A stretch of 64,000 nt of DNA from Rhizophagus irregularis (lineage: Eukaryota), in assembly GCF_026210795.1 (NCBI RefSeq), contig NC_089430.1, positions 1,426,001 to 1,490,000 on the forward strand, written 5' to 3'. Under the pieces are notes generated by a model that searched no databases, was not told the DNA's origin, and was given only the letters and a program-made list of their open reading frames with translations. Shown piece by piece: positions 63,046 to 64,000 of the stretch. Every line of letters begins with the position of its first letter. Positions within the stretch are counted from its first letter, which is position 1. The position numbers and the translations under genes were made by a program.

Positions 63046-63402
63046 GTGTTATGGTATCTATAATGTTGGTATTTTCTTCTAGATATTAGCCATTCTCTTT
63101 TCTTTTTTTAATAGGAATAGATTAATGGTTTTTTGAGAATAGGTAAATAAGATTTTGAGTAAGAAAACATGGATGTTAGAGAAATGAAAATTTATAATAA
63201 GAGGAACGAAAAAAAATTTAATGTAAAATCTGATATTGAATAATATAAAATTGTGTATAATCTATTAACAAATAAAATCAATGATTTAAGTATACATGAA
63301 ATTACTTAAATTCAAATTCTTTATTATTTTTTCATATAAGACATCAGTAATAATGCATTTTTTTGACTAATTAATATATTTTTACATATAACAAATGCCG
63401 CA

Positions 63403-64000
63403 TCATTTATTTTGACATGAACGTCCACTATGGCATCTACTGCTACAGTCTCCACCTGCCTTCTTACAGCGACATTTATTACTATTGCATTCACCTTTAC
63501 AATTACATATACCCCTAATACTAAACCCGCACTCTGAAGACGTGCAGCCTCTCTAATTGATATTTTGTTTAAGGGAATGACTTCTAATTCAGGAAAAGTT
63601 TCTGTTCCAAGTGGTTCTAATTCACTAGCAGAATAATACACTCCAATTATTCCAAATTTTGATCCCAAACTATATTTATTATTTTCAGTTTTTTCCATAA
63701 TTTTACATGGCAAAGTGGGTCGATCAACACTAAATCTATCAATTTTAGGAACAGCAACCCTTACCAGATCACCAATCTGATATTCTTTAATTCTTTTTCT
63801 TCCCTTGCTCATTTGATTAGCCATCTTATTTGTATAATCTTGAAGGTCTTGACGAGCCATATTTCTTAATACTTCGTGCTGTGTATTATTTGTAATATCT
63901 AAAAGGACTGGATCAATAAGTACTATATGTCTATTATTTTCATTATCTTGATCTTGGACCACTGCTCTTTCAATATCTAATTGTTGAACTGGAATATTTG
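63403..64000 (-). pseudogene. C-terminus of a Ginger2/KRBA2-like transposase, frameshifted near 63510
   Basis: YQIGDLVRVAVPKIDR..ISIREAARLQS. In the shifted frame: ICNCKGECNSNKCRCKKAGGDCSSRCHSGRSCQNK*, the Cys-rich tail typical of this group. Confidence 0.75.

Larger units (their letters stand above)
61879..64000 (-). mobile_element. Ginger2/KRBA2-like integrase DNA transposon, 3' end; continues beyond the window
   Basis: Terminus TGTTGTGCCTCAGATCG with repeated CCTCAGAT motifs. Carries an integrase-type C-terminal ORF. Confidence 0.65.

Overview
Very AT-rich, intron-rich eukaryotic DNA with short GT-AG introns of 60-100 nt. The gene content (TKL kinases, SEL1 repeats, MATA-type HMG boxes, dense DNA transposons) points to an arbuscular mycorrhizal fungus, probably Rhizophagus; this is inference. 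Host genes: two tandem kinase-HMG-box fusion genes, a stand-alone HMG-box gene, two more TKL kinases (one with five stacked N-terminal modules), a SEL1-kinase pseudogene, a ubiquitin-like/ADP-ribosyltransferase fusion, a small glycine-zipper protein and a scrambled oxidoreductase pseudogene. Mobile DNA: a degraded hAT with a nested intact pogo, several MITEs with readable TIRs/TSDs, MULE and LINE remnants, an RT-less retroposon and a Ginger-like element. The top find is a complete 6.4-kb P-element-superfamily transposon (35073-41518; 50-bp perfect TIRs, 7-bp TSD). Its reconstructed ~1,480-aa transposase shows no recognisable THAP finger. It appears instead to carry an N-terminal RAMA-like domain and a tandem Agenet/Tudor-like pair inside the catalytic region, making it a candidate epigenetic-mark-reading transposase. 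All domain calls are by-eye motif matches; no database searches were run.
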